Of a stretch of DNA of 64,000 bases, positions 1-9,745 are shown piece after piece; position 1 is the stretch's first letter; each line of letters starts with the position of its first letter. The notes under the pieces were generated by a model that was not told the origin of the DNA, did no database searches, and saw only the letters and a program-made list of their open reading frames with translations. The DNA is taken from the NCBI GenBank assembly GCA_965248435.1, contig OZ252100.1, forward strand, positions 1,504,001-1,568,000. The letters run 5' to 3'. The DNA is from Candidatus Latescibacterota bacterium. GTDB taxonomy: Bacteria; Latescibacterota; UBA2968; GCA-2709665. A program made the translations under genes and the position numbers.

Positions 1-57
1 GCGAGTTTTTCCCGACTCGCCCTCGTTTGAAAACCGAGATCGCCCGGCCCCGGAACC

Positions 58-702
58 TCAACCCCCTCCTGCCCACCTCACCCCCTGTGTGACGAGCTTC
101 TGCACCGCCGGGACCCTGAACGTATCGGGTCCGTGCCCCAGCGCCGTATAAAAGACGCGTCCGTCCCCATAGGGCTTCACCCATGCCATCGGATGCGACT
201 TCTCGTAGCATTCTGCGGAGCCCAGCACGTGGATCGCGGGATCGTATGCGGACATGTAGATCTCATCCGTGACTTCGAAGTCGCTCAGCTCCTGAGTAAC
301 CGGGTGGCCCTCGTCTTCGATACGAACCGTAAAGGTCGATCCCTTGGGATGCCAGTTCGCGTGGCCGCCGAGCAGATCCACTGCGCGGCCACCGATACAC
401 CACGCCGTCCCGTGAACTCCGGCAATCCCTTTTCCGCCGTTCACAAACTCGAGAAGTCCTTCTTCCTGCTCCGGCGCCAGGTCCGGCTCAACTCTCCTCG
501 AGCCGTCCGGATCCCGCACAAAACGGGTGAACCCCGTACCGAACACGCAGACATCGAACGCGTCCATCTCGCTCGAGGCAAGCGTCCCCTTTTCCTCCGT
601 CAGCGTCACGGCGAGATCGTCCTGCTCGCTCAGAAACGCTTCGATGACCCCTGCGCTTTTTTCGAACCCGTGGTTGGGACCAGACAGGATCAAGACATTC
701 AT
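58..702 (-). CDS. ThuA-like (class I glutamine amidotransferase-like fold) domain protein
   Basis: 214 aa; 'GKGIAGVH', 'HPVTQEL..FEVTDEIY', 'HPMAWVKPYGDGRVFYTALGH' and terminal 'GVRWA' are typical of ThuA; GGAG SD upstream. Confidence 0.8.
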   Translation of the reverse strand: MNVLILSGPNHGFEKSAGVIEAFLSEQDDLAVTLTEEKGTLASSEMDAFDVCVFGTGFTRFVRDPDGSRRVEPDLAPEQEEGLLEFVNGGKGIAGVHGTAWCIGGRAVDLLGGHANWHPKGSTFTVRIEDEGHPVTQELSDFEVTDEIYMSAYDPAIHVLGSAECYEKSHPMAWVKPYGDGRVFYTALGHGPDTFRVPAVQKLVTQGVRWAGGG

Positions 703-748
703 GAACGAATCTCCTCAGGTCGATGGTCTTTCTCAGGAAGGTCGCGAC

Positions 749-777
749 ATAATAAACCTGGAGAGCATGGATGTCAA
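749..777 (-). promoter_or_regulatory. sigma-70 promoter of the ThuA-like gene
   Basis: Minus strand TTGACA-N17-TATTAT. Confidence 0.65.
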
Positions 778-985
778 GCGACGTTTCCCCTTTGACTTCC
801 TTGAAAGTCGCGTTAACCTTAAGAGACTCAGCCTTTCTGACGAACATCCGTTTGCGGTACCCGGTACCCGTGTTTGATTTTCCCGGGGCGACGCCTGCGT
901 CGCCCCAAAACCGTCAGGTCTCTGTAGCCGATCTGCCGTATCCCTGTACCCGGTCTCTTTTGCCTCTTTGTAGTAAATCTCCTGA

Positions 986-1951
986 TTGAGGAATGATAGA
1001 GCTTTGAGAGTCGTCGTGATACGAACCGGCGGGATCGGAGACGTCGTTTCTACCCTCCCTGTGCTTCAGAGCCTGAGTAGGGCCGTATTGCCCGAAAATC
1101 TGTGTGTGATCGGCAACGCGGAAACGCTCAGTCTTACCGAGGACTGCATCTGCAGTATCCACTCCATCGACCGGGCAGACTGGGCGCCGTTCTTCGTGGA
1201 GGACGGGCGCCTCCCTTCAGTCCGAGTCGATGAATTGACTGAAACAGATCTGGTCCTCTCCTACCTTCCGGACCGGGTGGGCCACTTCGCGGAGAATCTA
1301 AGGCGGGCAGGCGTCCACAGGGTGGTCTTCCACAATCCGCACCCGCCGCGAGACGGCACGGTCCACATCGTGGATCACCTGTTGAAACCTCTTTTTGATC
1401 TCGGCATCGAGATCACGAGTCACGCGCCCTTGATTTCGGTCCGCGAAAGCGAGCGCGACGATGCGCGACGTCTCCTCGAGGCGGAGCCCTGCTTCGTCAT
1501 TCACCCCGGCAGCGGCGGCGTGCACAAATGCTGGCCGGCCGAACGCTTCGCGAAGGTCGCCGATCGGATCAGCCGGGAGTTCGGTCATCGTATCATCCTG
1601 CTATCTGGCCCGGCAGATGGCGACAGGGCGGAGCAGGTCGCGAATGACATGAGAACAGATCCGGTCCGCCTCCACCATCCACCACTGCGGCTCCTGGCGG
1701 CGGTTTTACACGAAGCTGTGGCCTACCTCGGCAACGATTCCGGGCCTTCCCACGTGGCTGCAGCGGTCGGCGCCCGGGCCGTCGTCCTCTTCGGTGCCAC
1801 CGACCCGCGGATCTGGGCCCCTCGCGGAAAGTCGGTGAAGATAGTCGAAGGGGAACGTAACCTGGATATGGAGGATCGACTTGAATCTATCTCGGGGGAT
1901 CGCGCAGTCGAGGCCGTTGTACAGGTCTTAGAAAGCATGACCGGAAGTTGA
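986..1951 (+). CDS. Glycosyltransferase family 9 (ADP-heptose:LPS heptosyltransferase-like)
   Basis: 'GGIGDVV', 'IHPGSGG..KCWP.ERF', 'YLGNDSGPSHVAAAVG..VVLFG.TDP..WAP'; TTG start uncertain. Confidence 0.85.
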   Translation: MRNDRALRVVVIRTGGIGDVVSTLPVLQSLSRAVLPENLCVIGNAETLSLTEDCICSIHSIDRADWAPFFVEDGRLPSVRVDELTETDLVLSYLPDRVGHFAENLRRAGVHRVVFHNPHPPRDGTVHIVDHLLKPLFDLGIEITSHAPLISVRESERDDARRLLEAEPCFVIHPGSGGVHKCWPAERFAKVADRISREFGHRIILLSGPADGDRAEQVANDMRTDPVRLHHPPLRLLAAVLHEAVAYLGNDSGPSHVAAAVGARAVVLFGATDPRIWAPRGKSVKIVEGERNLDMEDRLESISGDRAVEAVVQVLESMTGS

Positions 1952-2069
1952 ACTCATTTCTTCGAGATACGAAATACGAGATGCGGGCCTCGGGATCTTG
2001 ACCTCGGAAGCATATTGGTTATCTTACTGTGCAATATTTCCACCCAAAACTGATCAGGAGTTTCCCCAT

Positions 2070-2432
2070 ATGTCCAAAGCCCTGCTCATCGTAGATCACG
2101 GGTCGGTGAAAGAAGAAGCAAACCGAATGCTCGAAGACGTCGCAGAGCTCGTCCGCCGTAAACGGCCGGATCTGATCGTCCATATCGCGCACATGGAGCT
2201 TGCCGAGCCGACGATCGAACAGGGCGTATCGGCCTGCGTCGAAGATGGTGCCACTGAAGTGATCGTACACCCCTACATGCTCTCGCCGGGACGACACGCA
2301 ACCACGGACATCCCATCGATGGCCCAGGATGCGGTTCAAGGTTTTCCGAATCTCAAATTCAGCGTCACAGGACCCCTCGGGCTCCACGACAAGATTGGCG
2401 AGGTCGTCCTGGAACGCGCCGGCCTCCTCTAA
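2070..2432 (+). CDS. cbiX: Sirohydrochlorin chelatase, short CbiX/SirB type
   Basis: 'LLIVDHGS', 'AHMELAEPTI', 'PYMLSPGRH...DIP', 'PLGLH'; AGGAG SD before ATG 2070. Confidence 0.85.
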   Translation: MSKALLIVDHGSVKEEANRMLEDVAELVRRKRPDLIVHIAHMELAEPTIEQGVSACVEDGATEVIVHPYMLSPGRHATTDIPSMAQDAVQGFPNLKFSVTGPLGLHDKIGEVVLERAGLL

Positions 2433-2481
2433 CACAGCTTCATTCGTCCCGTCTCCATTACATTTTTTCGATTGGTCTCTC

Positions 2482-3657
2482 ATGCGCTCTACCCGGATGA
2501 AGGGTGTGTGGTATGTCGGCCTCGCCCATTCCGCGATGGACTTCTACATGACCCTCTTCCCCCCGCTCCTGGCCTTCTTCAAGGCCTACTTCAATCTTTC
2601 GATTGTTCAGGCTTCACTTCTCCCCGCCTTTTCCTCCGCCTGCGGATCGTTTCCCCAGCCCTTCATGGGTTACTTCAGCGACCGTAGAAACCGCCTGACC
2701 CTTGCGATCTTGGCGCTGATCGTCACCGCGTTCGGTGCCTCCTCCATCGGGTTTGCTCCTTCTGCGGTAATCCTCGCCTGTCTCCTTGCCGTTGCAGCGG
2801 TCGGCTCTTCGCTCTTTCACCCCACCGCAGGGGGACTCGTCACCTCCATCAACCCCACACGCTCCAATTTCAGCCTGGCACTCTTTCTGACGGGCGGCAG
2901 TCTTGGAATGTCCATCGCCCCTATCGCTGGGACTCAGATCGTCGAACGCCTCGGGCAGCAATTTCTGTGGATCGCGATCTTTCCAGGTCTGGCGGTCATA
3001 CTGTTCCTCCTTCGCCTCGACCGGACGGAGTTCGCGCCCGCAGGCAGGAGACCCGCCGGGCGTGTTAACCTCGCGCTCCTTCGAACGCCCGGACTCCGAC
3101 CCTTGTGGGTCCTTTACGCCATCGCGGTGCTCCGATCCACGGTCGGGTTCTCGTTCTACAGCTTCACATCACTCCTGCTCACGGCAAGAGGGGAGTCCAA
3201 CGCCAGCATCGGCTGGATCATTTCAGCATATCTCCTCACGGGCACAGTCGGTCGGATCGTGGGCGGATACGTGGGAGATCGCGTCACGCCCCGCAAGCTC
3301 CTTGCCTTTTCGGTGGTCAGTTCCACCCCCTTCCTCGTGGCCTTCGCGCTGTTCGAAGAACCCTCTGCCTTCCTTTTCCTGATCTTCGCCGGTTTCTTCG
3401 GCGAGCTTGGCGCATCCACGAACATCATCCTCGCACAGCGGACGCTGCCTCAGAACGTAAGCACCGCCACGGGCGTCGTGATGGGGCTGTCCTGGGGGAC
3501 CTCCGGACTTATGCTCCCCCTCGTCGGGATGCTCGCGGAGACGACATCCATCTCTGTCGCACTCTCCTACGTCTCCCTCCTCCACCTATTTGCGGCCCTG
3601 CTCGTCATGGCCCTTCCTGCGAGTGCCCAAGGCGAAGTTGAGCAGGCACGTGTGTAG
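2482..3657 (+). CDS. MFS transporter (Fsr-like)
   Basis: About 12 hydrophobic segments; 'QPFMGYFSDR', 'SSLFHP', 'GGYVGDR'; start moved to in-frame ATG after the cbiX stop. Confidence 0.85.
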   Translation: MRSTRMKGVWYVGLAHSAMDFYMTLFPPLLAFFKAYFNLSIVQASLLPAFSSACGSFPQPFMGYFSDRRNRLTLAILALIVTAFGASSIGFAPSAVILACLLAVAAVGSSLFHPTAGGLVTSINPTRSNFSLALFLTGGSLGMSIAPIAGTQIVERLGQQFLWIAIFPGLAVILFLLRLDRTEFAPAGRRPAGRVNLALLRTPGLRPLWVLYAIAVLRSTVGFSFYSFTSLLLTARGESNASIGWIISAYLLTGTVGRIVGGYVGDRVTPRKLLAFSVVSSTPFLVAFALFEEPSAFLFLIFAGFFGELGASTNIILAQRTLPQNVSTATGVVMGLSWGTSGLMLPLVGMLAETTSISVALSYVSLLHLFAALLVMALPASAQGEVEQARV

Positions 3658-3754
3658 GCTATGATGCTCCAGTCTTACGATCCACGAACAACGATCCACG
3701 AGCGACGGTCCTTAAGTTGACAGAATCGCGGCAAAGTGGGTTATTTTGATCCAT

Positions 3755-6700
3755 ATGTCTAAAAGATCTCCTATAAACTCCCTGCTGATCCCCATCTTGA
3801 TGTTCGCGTTGCCCCCTGTCGCAGAAGCCGAGGAACTCCTCTATTCTCCCGGCCAGATCCTGGTCAAGTTCAGAACACCCGCCTCAAAGCCCTCGCAGGA
3901 CCAGCTCCAGGACTTAGCCCGGCGATTCGGCGCCCAGGTTCCTGAACCCCTCTTCCCCGGCCCGCTCCGCCTCTCCAAACCGGTCTTGAATCTCCATCAG
4001 GTCTACCGCATCCGCATCCGGCCTGACGTAGACCCGCGAGAGGCCTCCGTCGCCTACGCAGCCCTCCGGGAGGTCGCCTACGCCCAGCCGAATCACCTCT
4101 TTCGACCGGTCCAGGCGCCAAACGACGAACGCTTCTCCGAACAGACCGGACTCTCGAACATCCACTGGCAGGAACTATGGGATAGGTTGGGCCCGAAACA
4201 GCAGGAAGTTGTCCTCGCCGTCATCGATTCCGGAATCGATACCGACCACGAAGACCTCGCGGAGAACATCTGGACGAACAAGGCGGAAGTCGAGGGACAG
4301 CCCGGTGTGGATGACGACCGGAATGGCTACGTCGACGACGTAAGCGGGTGGGACTTCTCGGATGCGCCCGACCTTCCCGCGAAGGGGGATTTCCTGACTC
4401 GGGACAACGACCCCTCCGACGAATCGGGTCACGGCACCCTCGTCGCCGGGATCGCCGCCGCGCGCGCTGACAATGGGGTCGGCATCGCCGGCGTGGCGCC
4501 GGACGCCAAATTGATGGCCCTCAGATGTGGGGTCCTCCTCCAGGCGGGCGGCAGCTTCTTCGAAGAAGACGACCTGGCCGCAGCCATCCTCTACGCCGTG
4601 GAGAACGGCGCCGATGTCATCAACATGAGCTGGGGCAGTTCGGAGCGGGCCTTTCTGATCCAGGACGCGATCCGCTACGCGTCGATCAACGGATGCGTGC
4701 TCGTGGCCGCCGCGGGCAACGAAGGGGAGTCCGGACTCTCTTATCCCGCGGCCTTCGACGAAACGATCGCCGTTGCTGCCACCGACCGAAACGATCTTGT
4801 CGCCAGTTTCAGCAGCAGAGGGTCGGGGCTCGATCTCTCGGCCCCGGGAATCAACATCCTGAGCACCCTGCCGGGCGACACCTACGGCTTCAGTTCCGGC
4901 ACCTCCTTTTCGGCGCCTCACATCTCCGGCCTGGCCGCGCTTCTACTTTCCCGGCGTCCCGAACTCACACCCGATCAGGTCAGATCGCTCCTGTCCGCTG
5001 CGACCGTAGACCTCGGCCCAGACGGCTGGGATGAGACGTTCGGTGCGGGGAGGATCGACGGTCTCGCCCTCTTGTCTCCCCTTTCGAGCCCGGACGCGCC
5101 CGCAACGGTCCAGATCCGCGCGCCGGGTGCGGACGCCGGGGCGGAGTCTGAATTCACCGTCCTCGCATCGGCCTCCGGTCAGGAAGTCACCGTTTACCGG
5201 ATCTCCTGGGGGCTCGGTCGCTCTCCTTCATCCTGGTCACCCCTCGATGAAGGTCCATCCTCGTCCGAAATTGAAGTCTCGTGGGATGTCTCCTCCCTGC
5301 CCGACACATCCGCGGTGCTGCGGCTGGAAGCCGACCTCGAAGACGGCAGGACACTCGAAGACCGTGTCCCCGTCTTCGTACGCCGATCCGCTCCCTCGAT
5401 CACAGGAATCGTGATCGGTCAAATCCTGGATCGTGATCGCAGGGTCTACGAAGTCCGCTGGCGCACGGATCAGCTCACAGAGGGGGTTGTCCTGTTTAAG
5501 CCCCTCGACGCGACCGAGGAAGACACGCTCTCCCTGGGATTCATCGACAGCACACATACGGCCAGGCTGCCTCAGGATTTGGCCGACGGACCTCTGCAGA
5601 TTCGCGTTCGGTCTGCGGGATCCTCCGGGAAGACCGTGCTCAGCGAACCCGACACCGTCACAGTCTCACCCCTTCTCGTTCAACGCGAAGGCTTCATAAA
5701 GGTCACGGAGCTGCCCGACGGTTTTCTCGCCGATCGGCCCTCGGATTTCGACGGCGACGGACTCGCAGAAATCGCGCTCATGCCCTACGTCGAAGGCCAG
5801 CCCTTCAGTCCGGTCCTGATCTACGAACAGACGGCGGAAGGTGAGTTTGCTCAGGTCTTTGAAAGCAGCGAAACCTTCCTGCCGTGGAGTGTGGGTGATG
5901 TCGACAACGATGGAAACCCGGACCTGCTCGGCTCTGAGCTGAGTAGACTTCGACTATTTACAGGCGGCCCCTTTCCGTCCACCCAGGTCCTGCAGCGGAC
6001 CCAGACCTGGGGCGGCGAGATCGCCGACCTGGACGGGGATGGGAAGAACGAAATCATCGCCCGCTCCGCCGTGATCCCGGGAATCGAAGTCCTCGAACAA
6101 GCATCCGACGGCGTGATCCGCGAGGTGACCTCCCTCTTCGACCCCACATCGGGCTCGGGTGACATTGGGGCGCGGTTCGTCATCGCCGATCTGGACGGCG
6201 ACGGAAGGAACGAACTCCTGGGAGGGGACGCGGACGGAGACCTCTGGGTCTTCGAATCGGACGGTGATGACAGCTATCGGTCCACGTGGAAGCTGGAAGG
6301 GGACGACGATACGGACGTGCGCTGGGTCGGCGGCGGCGTGGACCTGGATGGCGACGGGCAGATCGAATTTGCCGCCGCACGCGCGTCGGAGGACCCGACA
6401 GATCCGCTCAACGGGTTCTGGGACCTCGAGATCTACAGCGCGTCGGGTGACGACGCCTTTGCCCTCGAATGGACTACACGGATCACCGGGGTATCCACGA
6501 CAGGAAACGGGATCTCCGCTGGCGACGTGGACGGAGACGGAACCTTCGACCTGGCCGTCTGTCTCCTGCCCGACCTCTACATCTTCAGGTCTGATGGACC
6601 GGACGTCTACAGGCCGATCTGGTACAGCCCCGCCGGTCTCACCCACCGTCCCGTGATTGCGGACCTGGACGGTGACGATCGAACTGAAATCCTCTTCAAT

Positions 6701-7483
6701 CGTGACGGTGCCGTACAGGTCCTGGAGTGGGACGCACCGTTGAGGGAGGTCGTTTCACCCGAAATCCTCAGTGCGCGCCCGCTCGGACGAGACCGGGTCC
6801 AGCTCACCTGGGTGAAAACGCCAGAGGCCTCCGGCTATCGCCTACTCAGAGGCACCGACGCCGAAACGCTGGTGGCTCTGGAGGAAGGGCTGGTCGTGAC
6901 GGCGTTCATCGATACGACCGTTTTGGAAGGGCAGCTCTACTTCTACGCCATCGAAGCGATCCTGGGAGGTGAGGACAGCGTTCGATCTGGATCCGTATCC
7001 GTCCGTCCAGACGCCCCTCCCCAACTCATCCGATTGGATCCGATCGAAAACCGGCTCCACATCACGTTCAACCAGCCGATGGCTCCCGAAGCCGCCGATC
7101 CCGACAGATACTCCGTTCTACCCGGTGTCGGGCGCCCTGAATCCGCCATCCTCGACCAAGCCGGGATGCGAATCGTCCTCTCGTTCCCCGTCCCCTTCAT
7201 CGACGCCACAGACTACACGCTCCTGATCGGCGACGCGACCGACACGTCGGGCGTCCCCCTGGATACACCGTCGCAGACTACCCCCTTCACCCCGGGCCGA
7301 TCCGTTTACCCGGCGGCGAGCATCGCCGACTTTGACGATGACGGATCGGTTGGGTTCCTGGACTTCGTCCTCTTTGCATTGGCCTTCGAAAGCGCCGATC
7401 CCGATTTCGATCTGGATGAGGACGGCGCCGTCGCCTTCTCCGACTTCCTGCTGTTCGCCCTCATGTTCGGTCAAACGATTTAG
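3755..7483 (+). CDS. Secreted S8 subtilisin-like protease with FG-GAP/VCBS repeats, Fn3/Ig-like domains and a C-terminal dockerin-like (paired EF-hand) module
   Basis: Signal peptide; catalytic motifs 'VIDSG', 'HGTLVAG', 'GTSFSAP'; many 'D(L/V/F)DGDG..E' repeats; C-terminal 'DFDDDGSVGFLDF...DLDEDGAVAFSDF'. Confidence 0.88.
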   Translation: MSKRSPINSLLIPILMFALPPVAEAEELLYSPGQILVKFRTPASKPSQDQLQDLARRFGAQVPEPLFPGPLRLSKPVLNLHQVYRIRIRPDVDPREASVAYAALREVAYAQPNHLFRPVQAPNDERFSEQTGLSNIHWQELWDRLGPKQQEVVLAVIDSGIDTDHEDLAENIWTNKAEVEGQPGVDDDRNGYVDDVSGWDFSDAPDLPAKGDFLTRDNDPSDESGHGTLVAGIAAARADNGVGIAGVAPDAKLMALRCGVLLQAGGSFFEEDDLAAAILYAVENGADVINMSWGSSERAFLIQDAIRYASINGCVLVAAAGNEGESGLSYPAAFDETIAVAATDRNDLVASFSSRGSGLDLSAPGINILSTLPGDTYGFSSGTSFSAPHISGLAALLLSRRPELTPDQVRSLLSAATVDLGPDGWDETFGAGRIDGLALLSPLSSPDAPATVQIRAPGADAGAESEFTVLASASGQEVTVYRISWGLGRSPSSWSPLDEGPSSSEIEVSWDVSSLPDTSAVLRLEADLEDGRTLEDRVPVFVRRSAPSITGIVIGQILDRDRRVYEVRWRTDQLTEGVVLFKPLDATEEDTLSLGFIDSTHTARLPQDLADGPLQIRVRSAGSSGKTVLSEPDTVTVSPLLVQREGFIKVTELPDGFLADRPSDFDGDGLAEIALMPYVEGQPFSPVLIYEQTAEGEFAQVFESSETFLPWSVGDVDNDGNPDLLGSELSRLRLFTGGPFPSTQVLQRTQTWGGEIADLDGDGKNEIIARSAVIPGIEVLEQASDGVIREVTSLFDPTSGSGDIGARFVIADLDGDGRNELLGGDADGDLWVFESDGDDSYRSTWKLEGDDDTDVRWVGGGVDLDGDGQIEFAAARASEDPTDPLNGFWDLEIYSASGDDAFALEWTTRITGVSTTGNGISAGDVDGDGTFDLAVCLLPDLYIFRSDGPDVYRPIWYSPAGLTHRPVIADLDGDDRTEILFNRDGAVQVLEWDAPLREVVSPEILSARPLGRDRVQLTWVKTPEASGYRLLRGTDAETLVALEEGLVVTAFIDTTVLEGQLYFYAIEAILGGEDSVRSGSVSVRPDAPPQLIRLDPIENRLHITFNQPMAPEAADPDRYSVLPGVGRPESAILDQAGMRIVLSFPVPFIDATDYTLLIGDATDTSGVPLDTPSQTTPFTPGRSVYPAASIADFDDDGSVGFLDFVLFALAFESADPDFDLDEDGAVAFSDFLLFALMFGQTI

Positions 7484-7618
7484 AATTGGCCAACGTTGGG
7501 TTGTGATCTTCCTTGTAGGCCGCCCGGAGGCATGGTGTTGTGAAGTTCGCGATATAACCCACCCCGCCCCAGGAAGGGACTGGCGTCTCTCAAACTGACG
7601 AAAAAGTTTGCTCGAAAC

Positions 7619-7845
7619 CATCAGGGTCGCGGTGTGCGATTCCGATACAACCAGCTCATTTCTCCTCCCAGCGGGTTGGTTCCTCAGTGATCGCGAGCGC
7701 GTGGTGAGGATTTGGCCTTCCTGCCGTGGACTGTTTATGCCACTGAGGGTGAGGTGCCGCGGCCGGAGCCTCCCCGGCGCTTGAGGGGTGCCCTTCTTTT
7801 GTCCAACTTTTCTTGGGCGAGCAAGAAAAGTTGGCCGCCGGAGGC
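7619..7845 (+). repeat. 227-bp structured interspersed element, copy 1
   Basis: Near-identical to 8134-8360 and similar to 14377-14603; nested stems; ends with CCAACTTTTCTTG-ggcgag-CAAGAAAAGTTGG then CCGCCGGAGGC. Confidence 0.9.
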
Positions 7846-7964
7846 AAGGAGTTCGGGAAACGAAACGCCATCAATTGTGGATTGCGGATTTGGGATTGAA
7901 AGGCGGGATCACGAAACAACACGAAATTCCACGAAGGACACGAATGCATAGAGACGTCATCGGG

Positions 7965-8035
7965 AAATCCCCCTCAATCCCCCTTTTCCAAAGGGGGAAG
8001 AATACGTTCCGTGAATCGCCTCCCCCTTTGAAAAG
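7965..8035. repeat. C/G-run palindromic REP-like element (TCCCCCTTTTCCAAAGGGGGA)
   Basis: aaatccccctcaatcccccttttccaaagggggaag followed by a partial second copy tccccctttgaaaag. Confidence 0.55.
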
Positions 8036-8133
8036 ATTCTTCGCCGAATGTTGGGGTTAAGGTAGTAAGCTCTAATTGTAGACTCGCCCGCTTGCCGGCG
8101 TCTCTGTAACTCACGAAATGCATCGCTCAAAGT

Positions 8134-8360
8134 CATCAGGGCCGCGGTGTGCGACTCCGATGCAACCAGCTCATTTCTCCTCCCAGCGGGTTGGTTCCTC
8201 AGTGATCGCGAGCGAGTGGTGAGGATTTGGCCTTCCTGCCGTGGACTGTTTATGCCACTGAGGGTGAGGTGCCGCGGCCGGAGCCCCCCCGGCGCCTGAG
8301 GGGAGCCCTTCTTTTGTCCAACTTTTCTTGGGCGAGCAGGAAAAGTTGGCCGCCGGAGGC
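8134..8360 (+). repeat. 227-bp structured interspersed element, copy 2
   Basis: Direct repeat of 7619-7845 with few substitutions. Confidence 0.9.
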
Positions 8361-8528
8361 TAAAGGTGGTCGATCGTCGTTCGTCGTTCGTAGACCCACC
8401 CCGCCCAGCTCATAGTTCAGCGCTGTCTGGGTCACCGTTTCGAATTGCGACGGGGCACACCTCCTGGGAGGGGACTCGCAATCCTCTCTTGATATGCCCC
8501 TTGAATATGAAAGCCCCCATTCAGGGGT

Positions 8529-8720
8529 TCGCCAGCAGGAGTTGGCTCCTACCGGATACAATTCGCCAATTCATTCGGTAGGAGCCGTCTCCAGACGGCG
8601 AACAATTCGATCGCGATGTCTGTCTCGGACAACCGTACGTGCCGTCTCCTGACGGCGAACAATTCGATCACGGTGTGTCGTCTCGGACAGCTGTACCCGC
8701 CGTCTCCCGGCGGCGAACAT
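8529..8720. repeat. GTAG-type REP cluster: one inverted REP plus three tandem units at 57-58 bp period
   Basis: tcgccagcaggagttggctcctac (inverted), then GTA...GCCGTCTCC.G.CGGCGAACA at 8578, 8635 and 8693. Confidence 0.75.
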
Positions 8721-8817
8721 TCCAACCTTCGCCAAGGTTTGGAAATTCTTGACTCACCAGATGCCACATCGTACCATAGGCCTTTCACCTTCCACATCTG
8801 CCACCCAGGGTCATGAG

Positions 8818-9738
8818 ATGGAAGCTTCGGCAAAAGAATCCATTCCCGAAATCCCCAGGGAGACGAAACTCTCGGAGGAGTACTTCTTCCATTACACCAC
8901 GGAATTGTCCTTCGAACCGGGAGAAGTCGCCTTCGTGATGATCGACCTCTGGAACACCGGGTTTGGCCCGGCGCCCCTTTCGGATCTGGGCTGGGAAGCG
9001 GAGTACAACTGCGGCAAGAGCTTTTGTGACCGGGCGGCGGAAATCGAGAAAACGAAGATTCTCCCCATGCTGGAGGCCTGCAGGGAGAACGGTCTGACCG
9101 TGGTACACGCGCCGACGCGCGACATTGCCCTGAAATACTCACAGTGGGAAACCCTCGCCACCGATCCAGAGAAACAGGCGGCGCGATCGAAAGGAGCGGC
9201 CAAGGTACCAGGGGGAAGGGCTGAATCGCCGACTTCGGCGACGTCTGACTGGCCTCCTTCCGACTGGGTGAAGCGCTGGCAGCTCGAGCACACCTTTCTG
9301 TATCGCACTGAGGAATGGATTACGAACTACTACGCGCAAGTCAGGCCCAACCAGGACATTCCGGCGCCCCTGCGTCCGGCCGGCGGCGACCTCGTCGTCT
9401 CTTCGGGGGAGATGCTGCACCGCCTGCTTCGGGATCGGCAGGTCAAGGTCCTGTTCTACTGCGGGTTCGCGGCGAACATGTGTTTGGCCGACAAATCGGG
9501 CGCGATCAAGGATATGTACAGTCGCGGCTACATGCCGATCGTCATTCGAGATGCGACCGCGGCCGTGGAAACCGCTCAAACGATCGACGGCCTCTGGGCG
9601 ACGCACGTGACCATCGACCAGATCGAAATGAAGTGGGGATACTCTGTGACGACCCATGAATTCCTCGAGGCGGTCAGGAGCGGCGGCAAGCTCACCCTGC
9701 CCTGCCGGTATGTTCGAATGCATAAACCCACGGAGTAG
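8818..9738 (+). CDS. Isochorismatase / cysteine hydrolase family protein
   Basis: 'VAFVMIDLW', '[12 protein letters not shown]', '[12 protein letters not shown]'; start uncertain (ORF open from 8749). Confidence 0.7.
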   Translation: MEASAKESIPEIPRETKLSEEYFFHYTTELSFEPGEVAFVMIDLWNTGFGPAPLSDLGWEAEYNCGKSFCDRAAEIEKTKILPMLEACRENGLTVVHAPTRDIALKYSQWETLATDPEKQAARSKGAAKVPGGRAESPTSATSDWPPSDWVKRWQLEHTFLYRTEEWITNYYAQVRPNQDIPAPLRPAGGDLVVSSGEMLHRLLRDRQVKVLFYCGFAANMCLADKSGAIKDMYSRGYMPIVIRDATAAVETAQTIDGLWATHVTIDQIEMKWGYSVTTHEFLEAVRSGGKLTLPCRYVRMHKPTE

Positions 9739-9745
9739 TCGAGCA

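Noticed and set aside
1952-2069. Possible cobalamin riboswitch before cbiX
   Set aside because: The spacer is short and lacks B12-box motifs
7570-7590. GGAAGGGACTGGC resembling part of a SAM-I riboswitch
   Set aside because: Other conserved SAM-I segments are absent and no methionine-related gene follows
7595-7618. CTGACGA...GAAAC resembling a hammerhead ribozyme core upstream of element copy 1
   Set aside because: No convincing stem II or flanking stems, and the motif is not kept before copies 2 and 3
7630-7845. GTGCG near the start of the 227-bp element, resembling a group II intron 5' end
   Set aside because: No domain V/VI sequence or reverse transcriptase ORF, and the repeat boundary lies upstream of the motif
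7656-8581. Short ORFs (62-103 aa) over the repeat region, and ORFs at 14420-14719
   Set aside because: They are translations of the 227-bp element; frames are not conserved among copies
8578-8720. 57-58 bp periodic array as a possible mini-CRISPR
   Set aside because: Linkers resemble each other, repeats are degenerate GTAG-type REPs, and there are no cas genes
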